Under the pieces are notes generated by a model, which saw only the letters and a list, made by a program, of their open reading frames with translations, did no database searches and was not told the origin of the DNA. A DNA stretch of 31,704 nt from a virus (taxonomy: Duplodnaviria; Caudoviricetes): the IMG/VR virus record IMGVR_UViG_3300043407_000013, positions 1-31,704 of that record, one strand, 5' to 3'. A program made the translations under genes and the position numbers. Shown here in pieces: positions 15,971-26,195 of the stretch. Positions within the stretch are counted from its first letter, which is position 1. Each line of letters starts with the position of its first letter.

Positions 15971-16408
15971 TTATTCCTTAAATTCGTATGTTTCGCCTGA
16001 CGGCTCATAGTTTGCTCTTTGCAGCAAAACGCTCAAATCTTGATTTTTCTTGTGGCTAATCATGACTTGGCTTACACCATTGATTTTGAGCATTTGCCCC
16101 GCTAATTTGAGCAATTTGCAAATGCCAAAACCGCCCCGATGATCGGGCAATATGTAGTAGAAAACATCTAATGCTTGCATTGCGCCGTAAAAAGGCGATC
16201 TAAACACCATAAATCCCGCATGACCCGCTAACTCACCCGTTTCGGTGCGCAAAGTAAAGTATGCAAAATTGCCCGTTTTTTCTAACTCAATCATGCCGCC
16301 CAAATCGCTTTTTAGGTTGGCATTGCCATAAAGTTCAATCCAATGTTTACCAATAAGAACAACGGCCTCGGCTGAAACATCTGCAAATCTCTCCATCTTT
16401 GCGTTCAT
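15971..16408 (-). CDS. GNAT-fold acetyltransferase-like protein (tail/ejection cluster)
   Basis: YYILPDHRGGFG..KLL acetyl-CoA motif A; ATGA coupling. Confidence 0.75.
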   Translation of the reverse strand: MNAKMERFADVSAEAVVLIGKHWIELYGNANLKSDLGGMIELEKTGNFAYFTLRTETGELAGHAGFMVFRSPFYGAMQALDVFYYILPDHRGGFGICKLLKLAGQMLKINGVSQVMISHKKNQDLSVLLQRANYEPSGETYEFKE

Positions 16409-17949
16409 ATACCCGCCCATCCTTGTTGGAACACCACATCGGTTGAGGCCCACTCAATTTGCAAGCCTTGTGAGGCCGATTTTAATTGAATCCCCGCGCA
16501 ATAGCCAATGCCCGTAACGCCTTGCCAATTATTCGTAATAATTGTGCCACTTGCCCATAATGCGTTATCCCAAAGTGATGTGTCCCACAAACCGTAAGTG
16601 GTTGGGCTAAAGTTCAAAGTTCCCGTTGTATTTGATACGTCAAAATCAACATTCATTCCAACCAAAATTGCGGGCGTTCCATCCGTAAAAATAGACGGTC
16701 TTGCTCTTGTAAAGTATTTCTTTACACCACGGCTTTCGTAATAATTGAACGCTTGCAAAGCAACCGCATTGATGTCATTTGTGTCATCGGCATAACCATT
16801 CCACGCTAAACCAACGTAACCATTGCCACCAAAATAAGGGTTGTCGTTAAATGTTTCCCAACAATTAGCGTCCCAACCCGTAAACCTTGTCCATGATTTT
16901 GTAATGGTGTTCATTACAAATTGCTCTTGTACGCCAAGACCAACGGGCACATTGATCCACAAAGCATTGTTTTTGGCGTGATAAAGCATAGCCCAACCAA
17001 ATGAGTTTTGGTATAGCGTTGTTGCCTCGGTAATAGCACCTTGAATCTTGTCGGATAAATTGACCCTTGGGTCAAGTCGGCTTGATTGCAACGCGGAAGC
17101 CAATGGCAACAAGCCATCCAAACTCAAAATCAATAGGTCGCCACCATACTTGTACAAACAACGCCTAGAAACGGGCGCTCCTAGCTTCCAAACGCCCGCT
17201 AAAGCCCAAGTGCTTGCAGATGCGGGATCAGTGCCTCGGTAAACAATAATCTCGCCTTGAGACGTTACAAACACAAGGTTATCGTCTACGCCATAACCCG
17301 CGTCAATTGTCCATGCACTAAGAGAAACAATGTAGCCACCCATTCGAGCAATAGAACTCAAGTCTAAAACTTCGGCCGCGCCACCAACCGAGTTGGTTGG
17401 CAAATACCATGCTTTTAAACTTTCTTTCTCAATAAACCACACACGGTTTTTAAACAACGTGACATTGTTAAGTTTGTTTGTGGTTACGCCCGTAATTGCA
17501 ATCGGTGAACTTGATGCGTTAATGCTCGCCCATGTTGTGCCGTTATAAAGCAATGGGTCATCAACGCCATTGCAAGCGTAGAGGAAACTACCGCCCGCCG
17601 TTGTGACGTTGATATGCTCAAAACGGCTATTGGTTAGGCCGGTTTTTTCGGCAGCGCCAACAGCGCCGGCGGTTGTGCAATTGTAAATTGACCCATTAGC
17701 AATGCCAAATAATTTGCTTACCGAACCCGTCTCATACGCCATTAGCGTTTCAACTTGCCCCGTAATACCCGTTGACCATTTGGTATATCCACCGCGCAAA
17801 TTTACGCTTGATACGGTTGGAAAAAAATTAGTCATCGTCACCGCATCGGTTGGTGACATATTTGCCAACGAATCGCGCACATTCCAACCGCCAACGGGCG
17901 CGGGAATGCTTGCTACGTTAGCGGCGGTTCTTTGAGCAATTTTTGGCAT
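16405..17949 (-). CDS. Tail nozzle / DNA stabilization protein (P22 gp10/T7 gp12 analogue)
   Basis: IPAPVGGWN start, beta-propeller-like content (FKNRVWF), synteny. Confidence 0.8.
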   Translation of the reverse strand: MPKIAQRTAANVASIPAPVGGWNVRDSLANMSPTDAVTMTNFFPTVSSVNLRGGYTKWSTGITGQVETLMAYETGSVSKLFGIANGSIYNCTTAGAVGAAEKTGLTNSRFEHINVTTAGGSFLYACNGVDDPLLYNGTTWASINASSSPIAITGVTTNKLNNVTLFKNRVWFIEKESLKAWYLPTNSVGGAAEVLDLSSIARMGGYIVSLSAWTIDAGYGVDDNLVFVTSQGEIIVYRGTDPASASTWALAGVWKLGAPVSRRCLYKYGGDLLILSLDGLLPLASALQSSRLDPRVNLSDKIQGAITEATTLYQNSFGWAMLYHAKNNALWINVPVGLGVQEQFVMNTITKSWTRFTGWDANCWETFNDNPYFGGNGYVGLAWNGYADDTNDINAVALQAFNYYESRGVKKYFTRARPSIFTDGTPAILVGMNVDFDVSNTTGTLNFSPTTYGLWDTSLWDNALWASGTIITNNWQGVTGIGYCAGIQLKSASQGLQIEWASTDVVFQQGWAGI

Positions 17950-18860
17950 TAAGGTGATGCCCCATAACCGCTATCGGGAATGTTGTCATAGCCCACCAAA
18001 ATCGTCCCTGGCCTTGGCGCAAACGACAAGTTAGCGGCGGACATATCCAAGGCGATTGCCGCTTCCATTTCTTCCAAATAGTTGCGATACATTGCCGTTG
18101 TGTCAAAACCCTTGGCCTCAAAATATTTGAGCTTGGTTGAGAGAACCATTAAACGGTCGGGGTAAATGCAAGTATCGGAATCGGCGGTAAACGATGTTTT
18201 GGGAACATCCGTAGAACTATTTGCCCAAGCATTTGAACGGTACTCGTAGCCCAAAAACTCGGCGTTAGAGAAGCCAGGCCATATTTGGAAATACTTGCTA
18301 AACAAACGCCACCGAATCCGTGGGCCGGTTGCAATATATCCCGACAATAACCATTCCCATTGTTGGGCATCTTCGGGGCCGAGCATTTCCCAATGTTTGT
18401 CTTTATCCCACATTGTCCTTGGGATAATGGCCTCGTAATCGCTTGGAAACGCATACTTCATCTTTTGGAAGTACACGGTTGCATCGGTAGATGCGGCGGT
18501 TGTTCTTCTATTGATGGTGACGGATGTTCCCGAGTCTACCGTTTCAATAAAGGTGTTTTGGTCGATGCCCGTACCAACCACCATGTAAGTGCTATCTAGA
18601 CCCGTTGTGGATGGAATTGCCGTGATGGATGTTCCATCATCGCTCCATGTGCCCGTAGTGGTTAAATACTCGGTGTAGAACTGCTTTTGCTTTGTAAGTG
18701 TTCGCCAAGGATGTTTGCGCAAGAATTCGTATCCACTTGCGTTCATTAACGCAAGAATTTGGATAACGTCTTGATTAGTATTTCCGGCAACACTTGTCGG
18801 TGTTGTCACGCCTAATTCATTGGTAACTTGCTGCACTAACTGAAGCATAGTGCTAGACAT
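17949..18860 (-). CDS. Head-tail adaptor (tail tubular protein A-like) with beta-rich insert
   Basis: Helical N-terminus, PW..L, Y.FPSDY motifs; position before the nozzle. Confidence 0.75.
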   Translation of the reverse strand: MSSTMLQLVQQVTNELGVTTPTSVAGNTNQDVIQILALMNASGYEFLRKHPWRTLTKQKQFYTEYLTTTGTWSDDGTSITAIPSTTGLDSTYMVVGTGIDQNTFIETVDSGTSVTINRRTTAASTDATVYFQKMKYAFPSDYEAIIPRTMWDKDKHWEMLGPEDAQQWEWLLSGYIATGPRIRWRLFSKYFQIWPGFSNAEFLGYEYRSNAWANSSTDVPKTSFTADSDTCIYPDRLMVLSTKLKYFEAKGFDTTAMYRNYLEEMEAAIALDMSAANLSFAPRPGTILVGYDNIPDSGYGASP

Positions 18861-18863
18861 AAT

Positions 18864-19394
18864 TTACACCTCTTTTTTAGGGCGGCCTCTTGTTTTTTCG
18901 GACAACAAGGCTTTCATTTGCTCTTGTAATTCTTTCAATTCAGAACGGGTTTGCTCTAATTCAAATGAACTTTCACTTTGATTGCGTCTAAGTAGATATG
19001 CTCTTGCTTTTTCACGCAGTCCAACAGCGCCCATCCCAACGCGCTGCAATTGAGCATCGCTTGCCGTAGCAACTTGCTCAACCGTTTGAAACTTTAGAAT
19101 TTGCAGTTCAGCCATTTGACTGTCTGTAAATTCCTCAGGGCGATCTAGATGCCAATTTTGCAAAGTTGTGCCAATAATTGGCCCACCTTCCGAGTTTTGC
19201 ATTTGATAGTGCAACCATTGACGCGGAAAGCGCTCTTTATGGTCATCACGAACGGGTTGTTCGATGATGTTGTACTTATCGCCAGGAACCATAATTCGCA
19301 CAAACGGAGTGTCTTTATATGGTGCTTTATCAAATGTGTAAAACTCAACGTGCAGATGCGTATCTGCGTTTGCAATATCGGAATCTAGTGCCAT
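18864..19394 (-). CDS. Capsid-cluster protein with HhH-like segment, coiled coil and C-terminal AT-hook-like RGRPKK
   Basis: FQTVEQVATASD...VGMG pattern; KTRGRPKK. Confidence 0.65.
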   Translation of the reverse strand: MALDSDIANADTHLHVEFYTFDKAPYKDTPFVRIMVPGDKYNIIEQPVRDDHKERFPRQWLHYQMQNSEGGPIIGTTLQNWHLDRPEEFTDSQMAELQILKFQTVEQVATASDAQLQRVGMGAVGLREKARAYLLRRNQSESSFELEQTRSELKELQEQMKALLSEKTRGRPKKEV

Positions 19395-19411
19395 TTTTTA
19401 TCCTGTGGGGA

Positions 19412-19774
19412 TTAAGCTGAAGTGACGGATGCCCAAGTTGTTGCGCTTGGTGCAAAAAGAATCATACTTTTTGCGGTTGCCAATGTAACGGATGCCGCCG
19501 CCGCATTGATAGTTGAGCTTGTATTGTAAGGGTAAACGGTAATCGTTTGACCCGAATCATTACGAATACCAATCATTGCGCCCGCTTCGGTAGGAGGCAA
19601 TTTAACGCCCGTAGAAGCGGATGAAGTTGTGATTGTGTTGAACACAGCCGACAATAGTTTTGCATCGGCGGCAGTTGAACCCGTTGCCACAATGCCAACA
19701 GCGCCATCACCTGCGATGGAGACCGTGGACAAAGGCGAGTTACCCGCGCCAAGAATTCGTGAGGGGATAGCCAT
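19412..19774 (-). CDS. Putative head fibre/decoration protein
   Basis: A/T/S-rich beta protein (GVKLP, ITVYP); after the capsid genes. Confidence 0.55.
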   Translation of the reverse strand: MAIPSRILGAGNSPLSTVSIAGDGAVGIVATGSTAADAKLLSAVFNTITTSSASTGVKLPPTEAGAMIGIRNDSGQTITVYPYNTSSTINAAAASVTLATAKSMILFAPSATTWASVTSA

Positions 19775-19789
19775 ATTAGTTCCTTAATT

Positions 19790-19816
19790 AAAAAAGGGCG
19801 GGTTTTATGCCGCCCC
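19790..19816 (-). terminator. Rho-independent terminator after capsid/decoration genes
   Basis: GGGCGG-cataaaac-CCGCCC followed by T6 on the minus strand. Confidence 0.8.
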
Positions 19817-19823
19817 TTTTATT

Positions 19824-20120
19824 TTACACAGATGCTTTGGAGAACCATGCAACGTCACCAGATGCTAGGGCAACTGCGGGCGATTTGTAAGAACCGCCAG
19901 TAGCTGCGACCAAGAATGTGGTTGCATTGATGTCGCAAGTGGTTGTTGAAGCTGTGATTGTTGCATTGGCTTGAGCCAAAACATAGATACGGCCATCAGA
20001 ACCAAATACTTCAGCACCCAAAGGGCCAATGGTAGGAACAGCCGTTCCCGCGCTGTTTGTATTGGTGTTAACGATATTATTAAAGTCAATACCAATGAGG
20101 GGGGTGATTGTATATGCCAT
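19824..20120 (-). CDS. Putative capsid decoration/cement protein
   Basis: Directly after the capsid gene, strong SD AAGGAG, followed by a terminator. Confidence 0.65.
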   Translation of the reverse strand: MAYTITPLIGIDFNNIVNTNTNSAGTAVPTIGPLGAEVFGSDGRIYVLAQANATITASTTTCDINATTFLVAATGGSYKSPAVALASGDVAWFSKASV

Positions 20121-20134
20121 GATTACATACTCCT

Positions 20135-21136
20135 TTAAGCGATCAAGACGCCACAGAACTGTGGGCCTGAGCTTGTTAAGTTACCCGCCCAACCAATCAA
20201 CTTAACGATTGCGTCTTGGTTGACGGCTTGACGCTCACCACCAATAGGCACAAAGTTGCGGTCAACGTGGGGACGGAACATCAAATATTTGGTGTTCAAG
20301 AACCACATATGGTTTGCGGTAGCGGCCGAACCGATACCACCATCAAGCACAACATCGGATGCCATGCCCGCGCCATAGTATTTCAAGGAAGCGAAACCCG
20401 CGCCTTGAGTGGAATTGCCACCATCGGTAACACGTTGGATTGATTGCATAGATTGCAAATACAAACGGTAGTAGTTACTATCGGCAACGATCAAATCGGG
20501 CTTGTCCGTACCACGAATCAACTGAACGGCCAAAGAATCCATATAAGATTGGATGTTTGAAGCCGACACCGCCGAACCGCCATCGGTCACGCCAGAATAC
20601 TTTTGTGAGCGCCAGAAGCTATAGTTAGCACGGTTAATGCCGCCATAAGTTCCAGTTGAGGGTGCATCAGGTACGGCAGCGCCTAGACCCGTGATGTTTT
20701 TGCCGCTATTGCCCGTGCCATCGGTGTAGATGTCAGCGCCAATGCGGTTAGCCAATTGAGCCTCGGCAACCATCATGCGGCCATCGAGCAAATCAATAAT
20801 TGCCTCTTTGCCCGAGTTCTGGATCATTTCCAAGCCAGAGATGGACACGGCGGCAGCGTATTGAGTAATGCTAAATTGAGCAGAACTAATGGGGCTATTT
20901 TGTGACACGTTCAGCACTTCATAACCCGAATAAGAATTCGTGTTGTTAGTCGTGCTATCGTTGTACATAATCTCTTGCAAGATCACATTACCGCCCGAAA
21001 ATGTTTTCACATTTCCACGGTCTTTGAGTCGGCGCAAAAGGGCGTTGTTGTTTGTGACGTTATCAGCTAACTCACCAGTACGGCTTTGAATGTTGGTCGC
21101 AATGATGTCGCTGATACTGGAATTGGCAAATGCCAT
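20135..21136 (-). CDS. Major capsid protein (HK97 fold)
   Basis: 333 aa after the scaffold; LADNVTNNNALL, GGINRA..SFWR, WFLNTKY, WAGNLT motifs; AGGAG SD. Confidence 0.9.
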   Translation of the reverse strand: MAFANSSISDIIATNIQSRTGELADNVTNNNALLRRLKDRGNVKTFSGGNVILQEIMYNDSTTNNTNSYSGYEVLNVSQNSPISSAQFSITQYAAAVSISGLEMIQNSGKEAIIDLLDGRMMVAEAQLANRIGADIYTDGTGNSGKNITGLGAAVPDAPSTGTYGGINRANYSFWRSQKYSGVTDGGSAVSASNIQSYMDSLAVQLIRGTDKPDLIVADSNYYRLYLQSMQSIQRVTDGGNSTQGAGFASLKYYGAGMASDVVLDGGIGSAATANHMWFLNTKYLMFRPHVDRNFVPIGGERQAVNQDAIVKLIGWAGNLTSSGPQFCGVLIA

Positions 21137-21155
21137 AATAATTCTCCTATATCAA

Positions 21156-22115
21156 TTAAAGTCGTGCAGTTATTTGGTCGAATTGCTCCGCCAATAAACT
21201 GCGCCTATCTTGAGCATTGTTCTTGGTAGCCATTCCTGGTGTGGAACTCTTTACCGAAACCGCATTAGCCCTTGCAGATTTTGCTGCTCGGTCTGCCGCT
21301 ACTCGTTTTGCGTTATCCAATTCGGCCTGTTTGCTGACTTGTACGCTGTCAAATAACTCAGGGTCGAGGCGCACGGCTTTCTCATATGCGTCCTCTAACG
21401 TCTGCGCCACGCCACTCTGTAGGAGTTGAATCATGGTCGGACGCGCTTCCTCAAAATGTTCGGCTTTAGAACTAAATTTTTCAATTTCGCCTAAAAGCTG
21501 CTGATTCTGAGCTTGCTCTTGTTGCTGTTTCCAGCCCATCACTTCGCCACGAACATTATTTAGTTCGTTTTGTAGTGCATAAATCGTTGGGTCAACCCCT
21601 TGTGGGAAATTGACTTCATTTAAGTTTACTCCATATTGTTGCGCTAATCTACTAAATAATTGCAATTTTTCTTGCCCATTAGTAGTTCGCAACATATGGT
21701 CGGCCTCTAACAAGGCTTTGACCGCTTTGGGAGTATCTAAACCCATCCCTTGAATCGTTTGCAAATACGGGTTAACAACCTCGTTAATTTGATCCGCAAA
21801 TTGCGCTTTAGAGATTAAAGGCTCAACGCCCTTGCGCATTTGTTCCTCACGTTGCCAAGCATACTCTTGCATTCTTGGGTCAGCGGTTTGCCAAACATCG
21901 TGATAGTCTTTTTTCCAACTTGCGGGCGCACGCTTCCAAACGGGTTCTTCTACGGGTTCTTCTAAGGGTTTATCATTAGTAGAGGCAAACTTTCCCGAGT
22001 CCTCACGTTGATATTTTGCGGGTTCGGCTTGCGCAACCTCATCAAATTGTTGTGAAAGTAACTCGCGCCTATTGTCGGGCGCTTCCGTTGGGACGATGGG
22101 TTCTGTAGTATCCAA
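21156..22115 (-). CDS. Capsid scaffolding protein (TTG start)
   Basis: Acidic N-terminus, APASWKK, helical body, LEDAYEKAV; upstream of the capsid gene. Confidence 0.8.
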   Translation of the reverse strand: MDTTEPIVPTEAPDNRRELLSQQFDEVAQAEPAKYQREDSGKFASTNDKPLEEPVEEPVWKRAPASWKKDYHDVWQTADPRMQEYAWQREEQMRKGVEPLISKAQFADQINEVVNPYLQTIQGMGLDTPKAVKALLEADHMLRTTNGQEKLQLFSRLAQQYGVNLNEVNFPQGVDPTIYALQNELNNVRGEVMGWKQQQEQAQNQQLLGEIEKFSSKAEHFEEARPTMIQLLQSGVAQTLEDAYEKAVRLDPELFDSVQVSKQAELDNAKRVAADRAAKSARANAVSVKSSTPGMATKNNAQDRRSLLAEQFDQITARL

Positions 22116-22118
22116 AGT

Positions 22119-22460
22119 TTATCTCCTATGATATTTCATTTGATTGGCTTGCTCACGCAATGAATTCATTATCTTATTGGCTTCGTTGTGGGTCATGTTG
22201 CCCAATTGTTGAGCCAATACTTCACGCCTTTTCTCGCTTGAGGGGGCGGTAAGTTTTGTTTCCATTGATTCATTGCCCACCTCGATACATCCATTTGCTT
22301 GGAGATGTTCACGGTGTCGGCTTCGGCTCTGTATCATCGAGCCATCAATCATTGATTTGTAAGGAGTAATATCGCCCATAATCATAGGGGCGTTAACATC
22401 ATCGTTGGCTTTGTGTTTTTCAACCAATTCGCCATTACGCATAACGTAAGTTGTTCTCAT
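22119..22460 (-). CDS. Conserved hypothetical protein (PYKSMIDG..I.SRS.HREHL...GCIEVGNE)
   Basis: Motif common between portal and scaffold; ATGA coupling. Confidence 0.7.
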   Translation of the reverse strand: MRTTYVMRNGELVEKHKANDDVNAPMIMGDITPYKSMIDGSMIQSRSRHREHLQANGCIEVGNESMETKLTAPSSEKRREVLAQQLGNMTHNEANKIMNSLREQANQMKYHRR

Positions 22461-23293
22461 AGTAGCAAAATTTCCTCGTCATCTGATTCGATGTGGTCGT
22501 CCCAAATTAACTGCATTTTGTCCAAATTAGACACCATTTTTTGGATGTCCGTCAATGTGACATTTTGCTTGGTTGCGATTGTAGCAAATGTTTCAACATA
22601 AGGCGCAATTATTTCCTCGGGTATTTTGCCCTCAACAATGCGCTCGTATGCCGCAATGATCTCATCCCTACGCTTTTTGTTCTTCTCTTGCTCGCGTTTA
22701 AGTTGTTTTTTGAGCTTATCGGGGCCTGGGTCATGGGTGTCATCAATAAGAATAATAGGTTTGAAAGGCGTTAAATCGCCAACCGCACCCGTAGCTTGAA
22801 CGCCCGTTAATTGGATTGTTTTTGCATTTGTGGCAAAAGTGCCAACCGACCCTGTGGCCGTTACTCCGTTTAGTCCAACCGTTACCGATTCGCTCTCATT
22901 ACCCGCTAAACCCGAGGCTTGGACACCCGTTAAACCAATACTTAAATCATTGGCAAAAGAACCAACAAAACTTGTGGCATTTACGCCCGTTAATGCAATA
23001 TTTGAATTTTGGGCAATAGTTCCAACCGCGCCCGTTGCCGATACGCTTGCTAATTCAATATTTAAACTATTGGAGAATGAGCCAACCGCACCCGTTGCGA
23101 GTACGCCCGTTAATGTATTGAAGTTTGCGCCAAGAACATTCCCCGCCGCGCCCGTTGCATTAACACTTGTCGGTGTGGCACTAACGGCAACACTCGGGCT
23201 GCCAACGCCGCCCGTAGCTTCATTGCCCAATATTGGGAGGCTATCCCACCGAGCATCGTCCCAAGTACCCGTGCCCCAAGGCCCTTGTGCCAT
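22457..23293 (-). CDS. Repetitive virion fibre-like protein (LTGV.ATGAVG repeats)
   Basis: About seven 20-21-aa repeats; N-terminal WG.GTWD..RWD; charged C-terminus ending DDEEILLL. Confidence 0.65.
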   Translation of the reverse strand: MAQGPWGTGTWDDARWDSLPILGNEATGGVGSPSVAVSATPTSVNATGAAGNVLGANFNTLTGVLATGAVGSFSNSLNIELASVSATGAVGTIAQNSNIALTGVNATSFVGSFANDLSIGLTGVQASGLAGNESESVTVGLNGVTATGSVGTFATNAKTIQLTGVQATGAVGDLTPFKPIILIDDTHDPGPDKLKKQLKREQEKNKKRRDEIIAAYERIVEGKIPEEIIAPYVETFATIATKQNVTLTDIQKMVSNLDKMQLIWDDHIESDDEEILLL

Positions 23294-23739
23294 TATGCAA
23301 TGCGCAAAAGACCCGTGGTCGCATCATTAGTGGGCATGGTCAACGTGAAAGTGCCCGCCGTTACCGTTTGCGATCCAAAGTTGTGAACGCTTACCGCTTT
23401 GTTGCTCGATGTTGAGTTATAGATTAAAACGGCATCAAAAGCCGTTGTAACCGTCAAAGCAGACCATGAGAAGCTAGCCGAGGGTGTCCAATATGCCGTT
23501 GTGCCGCTTGTTGCGGGCGCATTTGCATTCGTAACCGTAACCCCGCCCGCCGTGTAGCCCGAGCCCGATGTATTCGTAACTTCATTAGTTGTTGAATAAA
23601 CGGTAGTTGCCGCGCCCAAGCTACCCGTTGCAAAATACAAGGCCGCTTTAAAAGTGTTGCCCGTGCTTGGCGTGAAGTTGTGCGTTCCCGTAAGCAATTC
23701 GCCTTTGAAACTTGTACACATTGCCGTTGTATTTGCCAT
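23293..23739 (-). CDS. Virion structural protein
   Basis: T-rich beta protein (NEV..GSGYTAGG, GTFTL); coupled to the fibre-like gene. Confidence 0.65.
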   Translation of the reverse strand: MANTTAMCTSFKGELLTGTHNFTPSTGNTFKAALYFATGSLGAATTVYSTTNEVTNTSGSGYTAGGVTVTNANAPATSGTTAYWTPSASFSWSALTVTTAFDAVLIYNSTSSNKAVSVHNFGSQTVTAGTFTLTMPTNDATTGLLRIA

Positions 23740-23748
23740 TTTGTTTCC

Positions 23749-23934
23749 TTAAAAAGATGAAGCAGCGCCGTTAGCAAGGGCCGCGTGCTTGAGTTTTACA
23801 TGAACCGAACGATGTACTAATTCACCATCTAACCAATATTCAACCCACTCGGTTGTTTCGGTATCGGTGTCGGATTGGCCTTCTCGCTTTTCAAGCAAGG
23901 ATTCATCCATTTGACCTTTAGTGGTTTCAATCAT
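23749..23934 (-). CDS. Hypothetical protein (WVEYWLDGELVHRSVHV)
   Basis: ATGA coupling with the portal stop; GGAGG SD. Confidence 0.7.
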   Translation of the reverse strand: MIETTKGQMDESLLEKREGQSDTDTETTEWVEYWLDGELVHRSVHVKLKHAALANGAASSF

Positions 23935-26195
23935 TTAATCACCTCCATGCCAACGGCTTTACCATCGGGGCCACGCACGATTCTCTTTGGAGCCGAAATC
24001 AAATCGGCCACATTCTTCATCACTTGTGTGTTGTCATTTTGATTTTTGAGCATTTCTTGCATCGTCCCAATGCTATGGTTGTGGCTTTGCATGACTTGTT
24101 GGTGTGAATTGTTCACCGTGTTCATCATTGCCTCAATCATACCCCTCAAGTCTTGATTCAATGTTGCGTGCATTTGTTGTTGCGCATCCATATCCTCGGG
24201 CAAAATCGATGCCGAGTGGCTAATTTGAGCCACGCGAATCTTAGTGTTGGCATCCAACTCGGCTTTAAAACGCTCCATTTGTTGCTCGCGCTCAAGTTTT
24301 GCACTTTCAAGTTGAGCCTCAAATTGTTGTTTTTGCGATTCAAATTGTGCTTTAGCTTGTGCGATTTGCATATCCGCTTGAACACGCATTTGCTCGGATT
24401 GTTGTTGCGCTTGCAACTTCATCATTTCGGGATCGGGCTTGGGTTGTTGTGGTTGCGCCATCTTTTGCTTGATTTGGTCAAGCGCTTGGTCGATAACGCC
24501 TTCAAGTTGTTGCGATGACTTAAACGCACTTACACCAAACTTCATAACTTCCATCAAAACGGGTGTCATTTCGGGGCTTGCTTGTGCAACGGGCATGGCT
24601 TGTTGTAAGAATCCCGCAAACGCACCAATAAACTCGGTACGCTCACGCTTCATGGCCGCTTCGTCCAATTGAACCAAGCTATCCGCCGCGACCTCAATTC
24701 TAAAGTTGCGCAAAGGCTTGTTTTTAATCAACTCCAATGCTTGTGGGATCATTTGTTGATCCACGGGCTGCATTTGACTTGCGCCCGCATACATTGTTAT
24801 TGTTTGCGGTTGGAACTTCGTGCAAATGATTTGTGCCTTGAGCCTAATCAAGTCGGAGGCAAACAAAGCCACTTCCTCTTGCATAGAACGCAATCGGAGG
24901 CTTGCAAATTGTCCCTTGATTTGTTGGGCGGTAGCGGTTTCGCTTGCTTGTGAAGCACCCCTCAAAATGTCCGACAAACCCGTTATTTCATAGATTTGTT
25001 GCTTAATTTCTTGTCTTGCGCGATAGCATTGAAGCAAAGCATTAGCCAATGTATCCAACGGCAAAAGGTCGATTGCGCCCTTCAAACCGCCTTTTTCACT
25101 AAACGCCATCCACTTATCAACGGGAATCAAGGTGTTGTTATCACCCTCGGTCAACAATCGTTGCAATGCGGGAACGCTTGAATCGTAAACACCACGGACA
25201 CGCAATGACTTAACCAACCCGTCAATGCGGTCGCTCAAGATGTCCAACTCATTGGCTTGGTCTTGATAAAGTACGAAATCGGGAACGGGAACAAGGCTAT
25301 CGCTTGTCATCGTTGCATACAAAGGCTTGCAACATGGGAAAAATTGTTCTAGCTCTAGCGGGTCATCCCGCACATCAATGAACTTGTTGCCTTGCTTGCT
25401 AAACCAATAAACCTTGGCGGTGTCTTTGTCCCACAATTCGCAAATCTTTGCCCGTGTGTACTCTTTTTGGCTGCTTGCGTAGTTTGACAACGGATCGGGG
25501 CCACTATCCAACGGGATGTTTTTGGCGGCTTCCTCACCAAAACGCTCAACCAATGCGTCTTTGGTCATATAGACCCAACGCCAAACTTGGGTCACTTCCT
25601 CCCATGTACGGGCAACGCTATGGCCGAAATCGGCCCAATGAACGTAATCGGTAGGGGCGCACTCGTACTCGATTTGTTCCATCGGCTCGACTTGACCGGC
25701 CGTGTAGTCCTTGGTTTCCGCTTCGTCCGCATCTTCGGTGACTTGTAAGCCATCATCGTTTTCGGGGGATTCGGGCATTCCAGGCACTTGGACAACGTGC
25801 GGCTCATAACGAACCCAAGCCACGCCACGGCCTCCTAAGAACCGATCCTCCACGGCATAACGCATCGTGCTTCTAAAATCCGTGTAATGCTCAATCTCAA
25901 AGTCCAATGCACGCTCAACCAATATTGACGCAACACGCCCAATTGGGTCATTGTCCCCAAACCTACGGCTTACATCGGCTTTGGGCATCTTGCTATAAAC
26001 GGCGGGGATTAGAGTTTGTACGTTTGACCAAAGAATATTGAATTTAGCGGTGTCATTGCCGCTTGCGCTACGGGTGTCATCCCGATAGCGCCTAATAATC
26101 TTCTTAGTTCGTGCTTCCCACTTTTTGAACTCGTTGTCATAAGTGGCTATAAGGGTGTTGTACTTGTCAACTTCGGTTGGGACTAGTTCAGCCAT
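23931..26195 (-). CDS. Portal protein (P22-like, long C-terminal coiled-coil barrel)
   Basis: FNILWSNVQTL.PAVY, IYEITGLSDILRG..ASETATAQQIK; Q-rich C-terminal helix; start MAELVP. Confidence 0.9.
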   Translation of the reverse strand: MAELVPTEVDKYNTLIATYDNEFKKWEARTKKIIRRYRDDTRSASGNDTAKFNILWSNVQTLIPAVYSKMPKADVSRRFGDNDPIGRVASILVERALDFEIEHYTDFRSTMRYAVEDRFLGGRGVAWVRYEPHVVQVPGMPESPENDDGLQVTEDADEAETKDYTAGQVEPMEQIEYECAPTDYVHWADFGHSVARTWEEVTQVWRWVYMTKDALVERFGEEAAKNIPLDSGPDPLSNYASSQKEYTRAKICELWDKDTAKVYWFSKQGNKFIDVRDDPLELEQFFPCCKPLYATMTSDSLVPVPDFVLYQDQANELDILSDRIDGLVKSLRVRGVYDSSVPALQRLLTEGDNNTLIPVDKWMAFSEKGGLKGAIDLLPLDTLANALLQCYRARQEIKQQIYEITGLSDILRGASQASETATAQQIKGQFASLRLRSMQEEVALFASDLIRLKAQIICTKFQPQTITMYAGASQMQPVDQQMIPQALELIKNKPLRNFRIEVAADSLVQLDEAAMKRERTEFIGAFAGFLQQAMPVAQASPEMTPVLMEVMKFGVSAFKSSQQLEGVIDQALDQIKQKMAQPQQPKPDPEMMKLQAQQQSEQMRVQADMQIAQAKAQFESQKQQFEAQLESAKLEREQQMERFKAELDANTKIRVAQISHSASILPEDMDAQQQMHATLNQDLRGMIEAMMNTVNNSHQQVMQSHNHSIGTMQEMLKNQNDNTQVMKNVADLISAPKRIVRGPDGKAVGMEVIK

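Noticed and set aside
22830-23330. 166-aa plus-strand ORF
   Set aside because: Antisense shadow of the repeat-rich fibre-like gene; no SD or family motif.
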